This document shows positions 36,601 to 48,600 of a stretch of DNA of 64,000 bases, piece after piece. A program made the translations under genes and the position numbers. Numbering within the stretch: position 1 is the first letter of the stretch; the number at the start of each line of letters is the position of its first letter. Under the pieces are notes generated by a model, which ran no database searches, had not been told where the DNA came from, and worked only from the letters and a program-made list of their open reading frames with translations. Origin of the DNA: Patellaria atrata CBS 101060. Taxonomy: Eukaryota. The stretch spans positions 1 through 64,000 of the forward strand of contig MU006114.1 of the NCBI GenBank assembly GCA_010093705.1. The letters are read 5' to 3'.

Positions 36601-39600
36601 GGTGACGCTTCCTTTGGTTGCTCAGGTTGAGCGTCCGCATCAACAGTAGTCTGTTTGACACGCGTCAAGTCCGCTTCAATTTGCTGAGGAATTGTTTCCT
36701 CCTGAGTTGGGGAAATATCTTCAGGTGCGCGCTCTTCCAGTTCCGCGGCTGAAGAGGATACAATAGAAGCTCTCTTCTTGCCCTTCTTGGTCTTTTTCCT
36801 CTCGGGAAGAGCCCATGCATCCTCCTTTACTGGCTGTGGTGTGCTTCTAGCTTGAGGTACCGCATCCTCAAGAGCCTTGCTTGTTTCAGGGAAGAGCTCC
36901 TTCTCAGTCGTCTCTACAACAGGGGTTACAAGTTGTAATGCGGCCTTCTTTCCCTTCTTACCCTTCTTTTTCTTGTCTGGGGTTGTTTGAAAGTCTTCGA
37001 ATGGTTGGTCTGCAGATTCCTGTTTGGATTCCTGCTCCTCACGAGCTTCAGTCTCAGTGATAAGACTCCGCTCAATTGATTCTGTAAGTGATGTTGCGGG
37101 TTCGGATGTCTTCTTCTCGCGTTCAACATCAAGAGTCTCCTTGAGGATAGCAGATGTCTCTTTTGCTAAATCATCCGTAGCTCCTGATTCTAGAGCAGGT
37201 TCATATTGGGTTTCAGATGTCTGAGTAACGAAGTCCTTCTCCGCTACCTCGACTACAGAAGTAACAGGTTCGGACGCTTTCTTTTTACCCTTCTTACCCT
37301 CATTCCCCTTCTTTTCGGTTGCAGACCAGGTCTCTTCAGTTGGTTGACCAGCCAGTTCCGGTAAGGGTTCTAGTGCATCGTGAACGTCAGTAAAAAGACC
37401 TTGCACGATTGGTTCCGTAGGTAGAATTTCATTCCCTGGCTCTTTCTCGACCTCGAGATTCTCGGTCTCCTCAGGAACAGTGGGTGTTTCTTCTGAGGCA
37501 GGTTCCGTAGTCACCACTCTAAGAGTAGGTTCATGTTGACTTTCTGCTGCTTCAACAAACAAGTCCCTTTCCGTCTCCTCTACAACAGGAGTTACTGGCT
37601 CAGATGCTTTCTTCTTGCCCTTCTTACCCTTTTTTCCCTTCTTTTTCTTCTCGGGTACATCCCAGGTCTCTTCAGTCGGTTGATATGCAGGTTCCTGCGT
37701 GAGTTCAGGGACATCTTGAGCCTTAGTTTCCTCGGTGATAAAATCCCGCTCGGTTGGCTCCTCAGCTGGTATCAAGGGTTTCGATACCTTCTTCTTGCCC
37801 TTCTTACGGCTCTTTTTGTCAGGAATAGACCACGTTTCCGCAGTTATTTGTTCCGTGAGTTCCAGTTCTGAGCTTGGCTCATCTGTGGACTCAATTATAG
37901 GGTCAACCGTAGGTTCAGGTAAAGGTTCCCATGCAGAGTTTTGGGTAAAGTGAAGAGGTGTGGTTTCAATCTCATCCACCGTAGGTTCCGGCAAAGGTAC
38001 TGATAAAGGTTCAGGCACATGCTCTAGTGTCTGCACGGATGTACGTTCGGTTGGCGGCTCAAGGACAGGCTCGGACGCACGGTCAGGTGCAACCTCTAAT
38101 ACAGGCTCTAGTGTGGGCTCCACCATAAGTTCAGCTTGAAGTTCGTCGCGCGTTTCGCTGGCCCCAGCAAAGAGATCTCTCTCTGTAGACTCAACGGCCG
38201 AAGTCACGGGTTCCGAAGTCCTCTTCTTGCCCTTCATGCCCTTCTTCTTCAAGGGGACAGAAAAGACATCTTCAACTGGTTCTGTCGGGATCTCCACATT
38301 GACTTCTGACTCATCGCGAGTCTCTTCGGGCTGCACAGCAAGATCATCTTCTGTTGGCTCGACAGTGGGTGTTGCAGGCTCCGAGGCCTTTTTCTTGCCC
38401 TTCTTACCTTTCTTCTTGCCGGGAAGAACTTGGATTTCATCGGCAGGCCCTTCAACCACATTTTCCTGTACAGGGGAAACAGTGTCAGAAACTTCATCAG
38501 CTTTGGGAATGGTCTCTTGTTCTGAGACTTCAACAATTGGAGTTACAGGTTCAGAGGCGAGCTTTTTGCCCTTCTTGCCCTTTTTCGATTTTGAGAACAT
38601 GGGCTGTTCAGTTCCGACTTCCACTTGGTGGTAGACGGGTGGGACAGACTGTTCTTGTAAGCGTGTCGTATCCTCCACCTTTGCTTCCAGTATCTGTTCT
38701 GGTTCCTCTTGCAAGGCCGTAGATTCTGCAGCAGTTGGCTCCGGTAATATGACGTCTAAGGCCTGCTGAGGAGGAGATGCAGACTGCTCTGGAATTGGTT
38801 CCGAAATTTGTAGGAGTTTCTTAGCGGGAGTTGTTATGTCTTCGATAGTTCGTTCAGAAACTTGCAAAGACTGTTCAGGAACAATAGGTGCGTCCTCGAA
38901 TGCTGGTTCTGTAACTCGTCCAGTGCGTTCGATCTCAAGGTTATCGGTAGAAAATGCTTCGTTTCGTGGCTGAGAGCTTTCCCCGAAAGCAGTATCAGAT
39001 GTCACCTCTTCAGTGATTGGAGAAGCCACTAAAGATGCACGTTTCTTGCCCTTCTTGGCCTTCTTTGATTTGCGAGGGATATCTTGCTGTATCTCATCCT
39101 GCGGCTCTTCTGCAGGTAGATGTAGGTCCTCAGCGAGCACTGATTCTACAGGTATGGTGGGTTGAGGATCAATGGACGCGTCCTTAACAAGCGAAAGTTT
39201 TGGTTCCTGAAATTCGCTTGAAACATGTACATGGGGTTTACTGACCGCTTGATCTTCCGTAAGGATAGGGTGGGTCTGGGGCGGCTCGTGCTCTTCAGCC
39301 ACAATTTTTAACTCCACACCAGGTACATTTGACATGTCTGATCGCTCCCCAACAAGGGCCTGCTCGTTTGCAACTATTCGTGGCTTCAGGACAGACCCTT
39401 CTTCTCTAGGGACATTCTCAGTCTGATCAGAAAGCTCCTTCAGCTGCTTTTCAACTTCCTGTTCTGCTGCTACATGTATTTCAAGCGCGACTTCTAGCTC
39501 TAAGGGTTCTTCGGTTGGTGTAACTGGCACAGAAGACCGCTTCTTTCTCTTCTTCACTTTCTTTTTCTTGCTTATGGAAGCACCTTCAACCTCTACTCGC

Positions 39601-42600
39601 TCCGCGGGAACGATTTCCGCTTGCTCCAGAATCTCTTCTTGTTCCAGCGCTTCGGTCTTCGACTCTAGTTCTGAGGATGCTTCGAGAGGTGTACGTGGTT
39701 CTTGTGCCTCTGCCTCTGTCTCTGCTCCGACTTGCAGTGGACTCTCAAGGGCAAGCTCGAGTCCTGACGGTTCCTCTTCAGGTGTGACTGATTTAGAGAG
39801 ATGCTTCTTCCCTTTTTTGCCCTTCTTCTGCTTGCCTAAAGAAACATCTCCATCCTCGGCTTGCACCTCAGGCCCAGTAGTCTGAGAAACCTCTACAGGT
39901 AATTGTGGTTGAACTTCCTCGAGTACCTCACGTTGATTAATGAATTCAGGTAATTTGGGAGATACATCATCAACAGTCAGCTCTTTAGTAACCTCACTTT
40001 TCCTCAGTTTCAGATCAGGAATTGTAGGCTGCTCATATGCAACGTCCGGTACCGCACCAACTTCCAATATTTTCTCCATTTCCGGGGTAATCGCCGCTTT
40101 AGGAGCTGTTTCAAAGGCTGGTTCAGTTCCCTTAACTTGAACAGCTGATAGCGTGTCAAACGGTTGGGTTTCCTTGACTTCAAAAGGTGGTAAAGATTCA
40201 GAAACTGAGTCCCTGACATCCGCAACGGTTGCGAGTTCAGATTCATTATAAGTCGTTGTGACATCAGGTATCGTCCTCCGCTTCTCAGCCTCAACGATAG
40301 TCGTGAACACATCGGACACAGACGAAGTAGGGACCGAAGACGTGCGCTTAGACTTGGTATTCTTCTTCTTGCCCCACCCAAACGCGCTCCAGACAGATGA
40401 GACCAACGATTGAGGTTCCTCGGGTTCTTCAGCTTCTTCTACTTGAGTTTTTACCGCAGATGACTCCTGGGCCTGAGCATCTTGAGCCTTTGAAGTATCT
40501 TCGCTTGGTCGTGGGACTGCAGGTGCTTCCCGATCGATTGTGGACTCGGGAGCGGGTTGTTCCTCTCGCACTATCTCAGGTTCGGAAGTAATAGGGTCAG
40601 ACACTTCAGCTGTAACGTGCTCTGAAACGACAGGTCCTGGTAAATCCCGCACTTCATCTTCAGCTACTTCAACCGATGGTAATGCGGGTTCCTTATTACG
40701 ATCATCGACAGCGGATTGAATAGATTCGACAGGCAACTCACGAACTTCATCATCAGCGACCTCAATCGGAGACAATATGGCTTCTGTAGTGCGTGCACAA
40801 ACAGTCTCTTGAATGGGTTCTAGCGCTAAAGCCCCGGCTTCGGTGGATTCTTCGGCTGGTGTAGAAGGCTCTGACACTGGTGTCGATACTTTACTTCCCT
40901 TCTTCTTCCTGCCCTTCTTACCCTTGCCTTTCACATAAGGAGCGAAAGAATTATCAACCTCAGCATCTTTTGCAGGAAGCTCTGCAACACTTGCTTCTGC
41001 TGTAGCAGGTGGGGTTGGCAAACTAGTCGTGGGGTCAGGTAATTGCACAATTGAGGAACCAGGCGTAAAGTCGATCGCGGGAAAATGGACAGCTTCAGCT
41101 TCAGCTATCTCTTCCTGGGGATGAATTTCTGAAGGCTCCTCGAACCTGGCTAATTTCTCTAGCACGGCCTTTTCGAGTTCTGGGGCGCTAGTAGGAACCT
41201 CAACCGGTTGAATTTCAGGTAATATTTCCTGAGGTAGAACTTCTGAAGGCTCTTCAAACCTGACCGATTTCTCTACCGCAAGACTTTCAGATTCTATCAG
41301 GATTTTGGCGTCTTGGTTGGACGGCGTAGATCCGGATTTGGGCTGCGAGATTTCGTGTGTAGGAGTTTCTCCCTCCGGTTTAAAGCTAACACTTTGCCTA
41401 TTCTTACCTTTGCGATTTCCCTTCTTGCTGGAAGAAACGGTAAGTTCAGGGATATCCTCTGTAAAGAGTGATTCCTGGGGCGTTTCTAGGTCTTGAGGAG
41501 TCTCGGTTATTGGGAGAGATTCTGGTGCTTGAGCAGTCTCTTGTTCTTGAGCAGTCTCTTGTTCTTGAGCNNNNNNNNNNNNNNNNNNNNNNNNNNNNNN
41601 NNNNNNNNNNNNNNNNNNNNNNNNNNNNNNNNNNNNNNNNNNNNNNNNNNNNNNNNNNNNNNNNNNNNNNCTTGAGCAGTCTCTTGTTCTTGAGCAGTCT
41701 CTTGTTCTTGAGCCGCATCTTGCTCCCGTGTGACCGCACTAAGCTGTTTATCCTCAATGAGAGAAGCGCGCTTTCCCTTTTTGCCCTTCTTACCCTTACC
41801 TTTCCCTTTACTAACAGGTGCGAATTCGAGCTGTATATCTTTACTAGGAGAGTTTAAAGGCGTCTCAAGCTCGGATGAATCAGCTTTCATCGCAGTTACA
41901 GGTGTTTCCGGTGTAAGTTCCTCTTTCGCTTCAGTTCGAACATCCTTTTGTAACTCTGGCTCCATATCTATATAATTAAAGACATGAAGATCTTTCTCCC
42001 TATGAACACCCTTCTCAGAGTCATCAACCGCATTTATCTTTGTGGAAGAGGGATCGAAAGCCATATAGGAAGGTTCAACACCTCTCGGATTCCAAGTAGC
42101 ACGATTTACAGTTTCGACAACCGGAGACTGCGGGGGTGGTATTTTAGCTACATCATACGCGGATTCTGGTACTGTCTTCTGCTCTATCTTGTCAGAAGAG
42201 GGAAGCGCATGTTCAGACGCCACAATATCCCAGATGTTCACAATTCGTTTCTTCTTCCCCTTTGATTTCTTACGGGTAGAGGGGAGTTGCGGCGCGGCAG
42301 GCTCTTCTACGGCTGTAGTGGCTTGGGAAAATGTGCTGAATTGAGGAGATGGTGGAGGGATATCAGAGTTCATATCCCCAGTCTCTTCTTCTTGCGCAGG
42401 GCTAGGAATAGGTATCGAGGCTGGAATATCCAAGCTAAGTCCGGGATGGAGGTCTTTAGCAACATCTGCCTCAACAACACGCTCCAAAGTTGAGCGCTCA
42501 GGAGTCCGAGTTTCGACTAGATCTACAGTGGGACGTGACCTTTCATCCTCAATCGCAGTAGAAGCTTGAACAATATTCTCATCAATAACCTGGGTACTAA

Positions 42601-45600
42601 TATCCGAAACACTCGACTTCCTAGACTTTGGTTTCCTCTTCTTGCCCTTGCCATCATCGCGTCGTAACAATGCAGCAGGTGGTTCGGGTCGCTTGTTAGA
42701 GGACTCGGAAATCGCAGTAGTGCTCTCCTGTGCAGGCCTTGGGGATTCAGGAACAGATGGTGTAGGTGGTGCTTCGAACCATGAGTCTACAGCATCCTGT
42801 GCGTCCTGCTCGCGAATCTGTTGCAGTTCTTCAGCTGATAGAGAGGCAGGTGCGACTTCTGGGCCGATGGAACCGGATTTGGAACCCTTTCTGCCCTTCT
42901 TGCCCTTCTTGGCTACTTGAGGTGCTGCAGACTTTGGGGAGGATTGGGTTGTAGTTGACTCACTCGAGTCGGGACCGACTGTTGGAGTGCTAACGTCATC
43001 TGAATTTGGCTTACCGCCCATAAAGTCGGAATCTGAGTCCTTATCATCTTGAGATAAGAGTTCATGTCCAAGTGCTACTGCTCCAGCACCAAGCAAAGCT
43101 GCTGCCGCGAAGTTACTAGCATCGACAAGTGAGGAATGCTTATTGGTGGGAGTGGATACATCAACTATAGGTTGGAAGGTTGTATCATCTTCCGCTGATT
43201 TAAGTATCGGTGGGTGAGGAAGTTCAACAGTGATATCTTTCTCGAGAGGTGTCTGGGAGAATTGTTGAGCTACAGGGATGTTTGGTTCTGTAGGCGAGAT
43301 GGTATCCAAATTTTCTAGCTCAGAATCATATCTCAAATGTTCAAGTGGTATCTCAGGTATATCCGTAGTACCAGCGGGAAACGGGTGCGCCCTAGGTGTA
43401 GCTTGTTGTGAATCAAGAAATTGCTCTTGTTCTTCCTGCGCTTCATGGAAGTCAACCAATGATTGCGAAGGGCTCAAAAACTGTTCTTCGCTAGCATCTG
43501 CAATGGAACGTTCGGGGGATTCCAACGCTGACTGATACTCATCCTCAGTTCCTTGCACAGATGGAGTTCCAAGAGATAGACTCCTAGCAGTGGTATGACT
43601 TGACTGGAGCGATGGTAACAACTCTTCTGCTTCGGCCGGTTTCCGAGGGGGGTTAAGCTCAACAAGAAACAAAGGTTTAAATTCTTTAGTATTTTTGAAT
43701 TCAGCCGAATGAGTTTTAGAGTGACGAGAAGATCGAGGGGTTGATGATGGGGACAGTGGTGGGGCAGCAATAGCCGGTGAACTCAGCGTCATCTCTCTAG
43801 GAACAGATGGCGAAACGGGTGGTTTACGGAAACGGATTGGGACAGCTGTGTTAGATCCAGCACGAGCTGAAGGAGTTTGAGGTTCGTCATCTCTTTCCAC
43901 AGTTGGTGATCTAGGGCGCGTCAAGGACGACTCAGGTAGGTTCTGTGAATTATCGTCCGCTTGTATCAATTTTCTGCGCAAAGACGCAAAAGAAGGAAAG
44001 GCTCTTTCGGCAGAGAGATGTTCGGGAGGAATCTGAGCTTCAGTTCCGTACTTCTTCCTCGTTGACGTGGAAACGGGAGAGGAGGGGACGTTAACGGGCA
44101 GTGGGCGACGGTCCACTGCCCGAACCCCTAAAAAAGAAAGATTGCTATCATCTTCGATCACCTTCTCGGTGCGTTGTTCCCTAGTATCTGTGAGGTTGAT
44201 ATCCTCGAGGTGATTTAGCTCATGTTCTCGCAAAGTAGAACTCAACAACTTCGCGAGGAGTGGGAGATCTACCTTATTGTTTTGGTGTCGGGTGTCCATA
44301 CCTAAGTCGTCTGTACTTCTACGCTTATCCTTTTTATCACTACTAGACCTATGAGATCGTCTACCCTCCTCGTCAGAGCCTCCATATGTTGAGCCTCTTT
44401 CTCTATGCTTTTTCTTTCTCTCTCTTCTATCGTCATTGTCATGTCGGTCATCTCGCGACTTCGATATGCTACTCTCCGCAAGACTTTCAGTCGACTTGCG
44501 GCCACTGAAGAAACCGAAAATGCCTCCCCTCTTTTCCGGTTTAGCCGGAGCCGAAAAAATTGATGCGGTGTCATCGAAGTCTCCGTTCTTCGATCTGGGT
44601 CTGGGCTTGTGCTCCCTTTCTCTCTCATACAGGTCGCCAGGTTCAAAGATAGCATTTGAACCCCCGGAACGATTACTGCCCCGTTTCGATTTCCTGCGTT
44701 TAGATTCTTCATCTTCATCCAGACGGCTCTCTGATGCAATAGACCGGGTATCAACGTCCCGCTCACCCTCTCGACGATGATGTTTGTGCTTCTTACGCTC
44801 TTCATAATCATCCTCCCCGTAAGGACCCTCGGATTTAACCGAACGAGTATCATCATCTCGTTCACCTTCCCTTCGGCGGTGCTTATGCCGTTTACGGTCC
44901 TCATAATCATCACCTCCATAGCGTGGCTCCGATACAATCGATCTCGTATCATCATCTCGCTCACTATGGCGACGATGTCTATGCTTCCTCCGTTCTTTAT
45001 CATCTTGCTCGTACCTTCCTTCAGAGACAACAGACATCGTATCATTGTCACGTTCGCCGTCACGACGTCGATGTTTGTGTCGTTTGTGGTCATCATAATC
45101 ATCATCTTTGTAGAAGCGTTCTGATCGAGATCCATTCCGCTCTGGTGAATGAAACTTCTCACTCTCGCGGCGCTTATCTTTGTGGCGCTGTTCAGGAGAA
45201 ACTGATTCTGTGAAAATATAAGCCTCACTTGCCTTCCGCGCTCGTTTCGCATGCAGGTTCTCTTCAGCCAGTTCCCGAGTAGGCTCTTCAGAAGGGTAAT
45301 CCTTGCTTGACTTTGTAAGCGATTCCGGGCTCGGAACGTCTGCATATTTCGGTGGTGTTGTGGGTGTATCTTCAAAGATGAACGGGTCTGGAAAAGAACG
45401 GCTAGTATCCAAGCCGAATGTGCCGTTGCCAGAGGCCTCAGGAATTCCCTCCGCAGGTTCCGTTAGATCCTCAGTCTCGGCAGAAGGAAGAGGAATGCTA
45501 GCAGGGAACACGGAATCTAAAGGTTCCTGAGCCGATGTAGCTGTTGAGGGCTGGTATTCCGAGCCTATGTAATCTTCGAATTGTACCTCCGATCTTAATG

Positions 45601-48600
45601 GTGAGCTAGTAGTGGAAGAACCGAATTTACCACTACGGCGTTTGGACTTTTTCTTTGACTTTGGGGTCCTTAAATCACCGACGTCTTCGTCATTTTCGAA
45701 TGCGTTGGAAGGAATTACTATCTTTGCGTTGTTGTCGATTGTTGGAACAGTGGAGTCGCCGTTGGTCGTCTTCCGGTCACCATTAGACTCATCGGAAGAG
45801 GCAAAACCACCTGGCATGGAATGACTAAAGTCTGAAATAGTAGTAGTATCTTCTGATGTTTGTTTCGTTTTAGCAGCTTCAGCGACGATAGCTGTAAATC
45901 CAGCTCCGGCTGTCGCACCTGCTAAGGGATCGATACCCCGTCTTGAACCCTTTTCAGACCGATTTCCACTGAGGGGCTCTTGTGACAAGGTCCTGCCCGA
46001 GCTGGTCTCTCGATTCTCTCGATGACTGTCAAAGTCTGCACCGAACTTGAGAGATTTATCTCGCGATTCACGAACCTGATGATATTCATCGACGGCAGAA
46101 TACTCAGGAGCTGTTGTTACTGTCTGTTCGAGATCCCGTATATCCCGCTCAAGACTGCCACGCTTCGATTTCTTACCTTTCTTTTTACTACTACTAGGGG
46201 CCCATTCGTCCTCGGGTAGGAATTCCGGTACAGGTTCGGGTTCAACAGGAGTTGGAGGCTCCGGAGCGCTAATCGGAGTAGAAGGGCTTTGACCCCGACT
46301 TTGTTTCTTGGAAAGTTTTCCTTTCTTTTTCTTACCTCGGGAAGAGTCGAATGTATAACCTTCTACATCGACTGGTGGAGATTCAGCAACTGGTACAGGC
46401 GTTGGTTCCAGAACAGTGTCCTTCTCTCTAGTTTCTCGCTCCGCTGCTTTTTCAAGTTTCTTTCGCTCCTTCTTACTGAGTTTAGGTTGCTCGTCTGCTT
46501 CAAAAAAGCCTCCAGGCATGTGCTCGATCTTTTCACTTTGTGTCGGGGTCTCTGGCTCTTCTTCCACGAAACCCGGACCCGTAAGGGGGATAGCCATATC
46601 CGTTCCAAGGTCAGAAACAGTTTCAAAAAATGGACTCTGATAGAATTTGCGAGTAGGATCAGACCCTGGAGTGACGACAACTGGTTCTACAGGTGGAGAA
46701 TGCGACTCATAAACCGGGATCTCTGATGCAATGGATTTAGAAAATGACCGCTCAGATGCAAGCGTTGGGTCAGGTTTGTATGAAGTGGACCTCATGCCCG
46801 ACGTTGGAGAATCAACCTCCACCACAATCTCGCCGTGCTCCTTATCAGCGTCTCGTTTCAGATCGTCCTCAGAGACGTACTGGTCCTGAAATGATTCAGG
46901 AGTCCGCGCCTCGTAATGGAGTGTTCTATTCTCACCCCAGGTTACCGAGTTGCGCTGCTTTCGCTGTGTGTCCACATCTTTGACCTGTTCCACGGGTTCG
47001 GGTTCGGTCGGCCTTACGTCAGGTGATGGAGGCGCAGATTTATCGCCCCTTACAGAACCAGCACGACTGGCTGGTGGAGTAGGTTCAATAAGATTAAGTG
47101 TCGGCACATCCCACGAAGGGGCAGTCATATAGTTCGTGCTGGAGCTTTTAGGGAGAGTAAAGTTATATGATGGACCATATGGAGGACAACTTGGAGCATC
47201 CATTGGGGAGATGTGTGGGGATATTCGGTATATCTGTACATCAGCATTAGGATCGGCAACATGTGTCTTCGCTTCATCAGATGGATGTTTCAGTTCTTCG
47301 GGTGTGAAAAAGTCAGCCTGATTCTGAGGTTTCTCAGCATATCGTTGTTCAAGATCAGCTACGACTTTGTTGGCTGCCTGGCGAACTAGCTCTTGTTTCT
47401 TTCGATCTGCCTTTGTGGGCTTATTCTTCTTAAAATAATCGGGGTCAAATATTTCGTCGTTGAAGAGATCATCCTCGTCAAATTTAATTTTGCTATCATG
47501 TCCGCGTTCCTTTGGGGGTTCGGCGATAGCAGCGATCACAGTACCAGCAGCCACTCCTGCTACTCCCGCTGCGAGAGGTGCTTTCCAAGATCCATCATAC
47601 GGTTCTGTGACAATTCGTTCTCGCTCTTTTAGCTCACGATTACGGCGTTCTACTTCACGGTTGATCTGATCTTGCTCTTCCAGATGTTGATGCTTGCGCT
47701 CTCTCTCTGCAGCACGCTGAGCGGCCTCGGCTTGCTCGTGCTCATAGAGCTCACGCTCGAGTCGTACACGCTCTAGGCGCGCGTTTTCATGCTCCCGGTG
47801 CAGGCGTTCGGCTTCTTCGCGTGTAGCGAGCTCACGGGCAGCAGCTACACGTGCTTCAGCTTCTCGCTCCAGGCGGATTCTCTCTGTCTGACGTTCTAGT
47901 TCCGCCCGATGTTCCGCTTCTTCACGGGCGAGACGAGCTCGTCGAGCAGATTCCTCAGCATCATACCGCTCTCGAGCTCTGCGTTCATCCTCCTCCTTAG
48001 CACGCTGCTCCCTGATGCGTTTCTCCGCTTCCTGCTGTACAATAAGTTCTCTTTCGCGACGTCTAGCGTCCTCTTCCTCTTGACGGCGGCGTTCAGCGAG
48101 TCTCGCCTCTTCGGCTCGGACTCTTGCTTCTTCTTCATCTCGTCGGTGAAGGTCGGCAATTCTTAACTCTTCAGCTCGACGTCTAGCTTCTTCCTCCTGT
48201 CTTCGACGGTTCTCAGCAACTCTCGCTTCCTCGGCTTGTCGTCTAGCATCTTCTTCCTCTCTTCGTCGACGCTCAGTCAACCTAAATTCCTCTACACGAC
48301 GTCTATTGTCTTCTTCTTCTCTTCGACGACGATCGACGAGTCTAGCTTCTTCTTCAAGACGTCGATTCTCTTCTTCCTCTTGTTGACGATTATTGGGCTT
48401 TGCTGATTCTCTCCTCTCTTTATCAATCTGATCCTGGGTGAGGTCAAAGCGCACTCCCGAAGCTAGACTTTCGCTTTGCAGGCGGTCTTTCTTCCCAGAC
48501 ATAAGCCCAGCACCAATACCTGCAGCAACTCCGGCGATGGCGGCATTCTTCGTGAAGTCACTAAGCCCAGGAGTCGATTCGGTTCGACGGCGAGGTGTGG

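Noticed and set aside
41165..41757. Neurospora-like split of leashin into two genes
   Set aside because: The break coincides with a 100-N gap, both flanks encode the same repeat, and the frame is open from 41570 to 26379.
44302..45375. 357-aa alternative-frame ORF overlapping leashin
   Set aside because: Its Met/Thr/Ile-rich composition is the shifted reading of the D/H/R/E codon repeats, with no recognisable domain.
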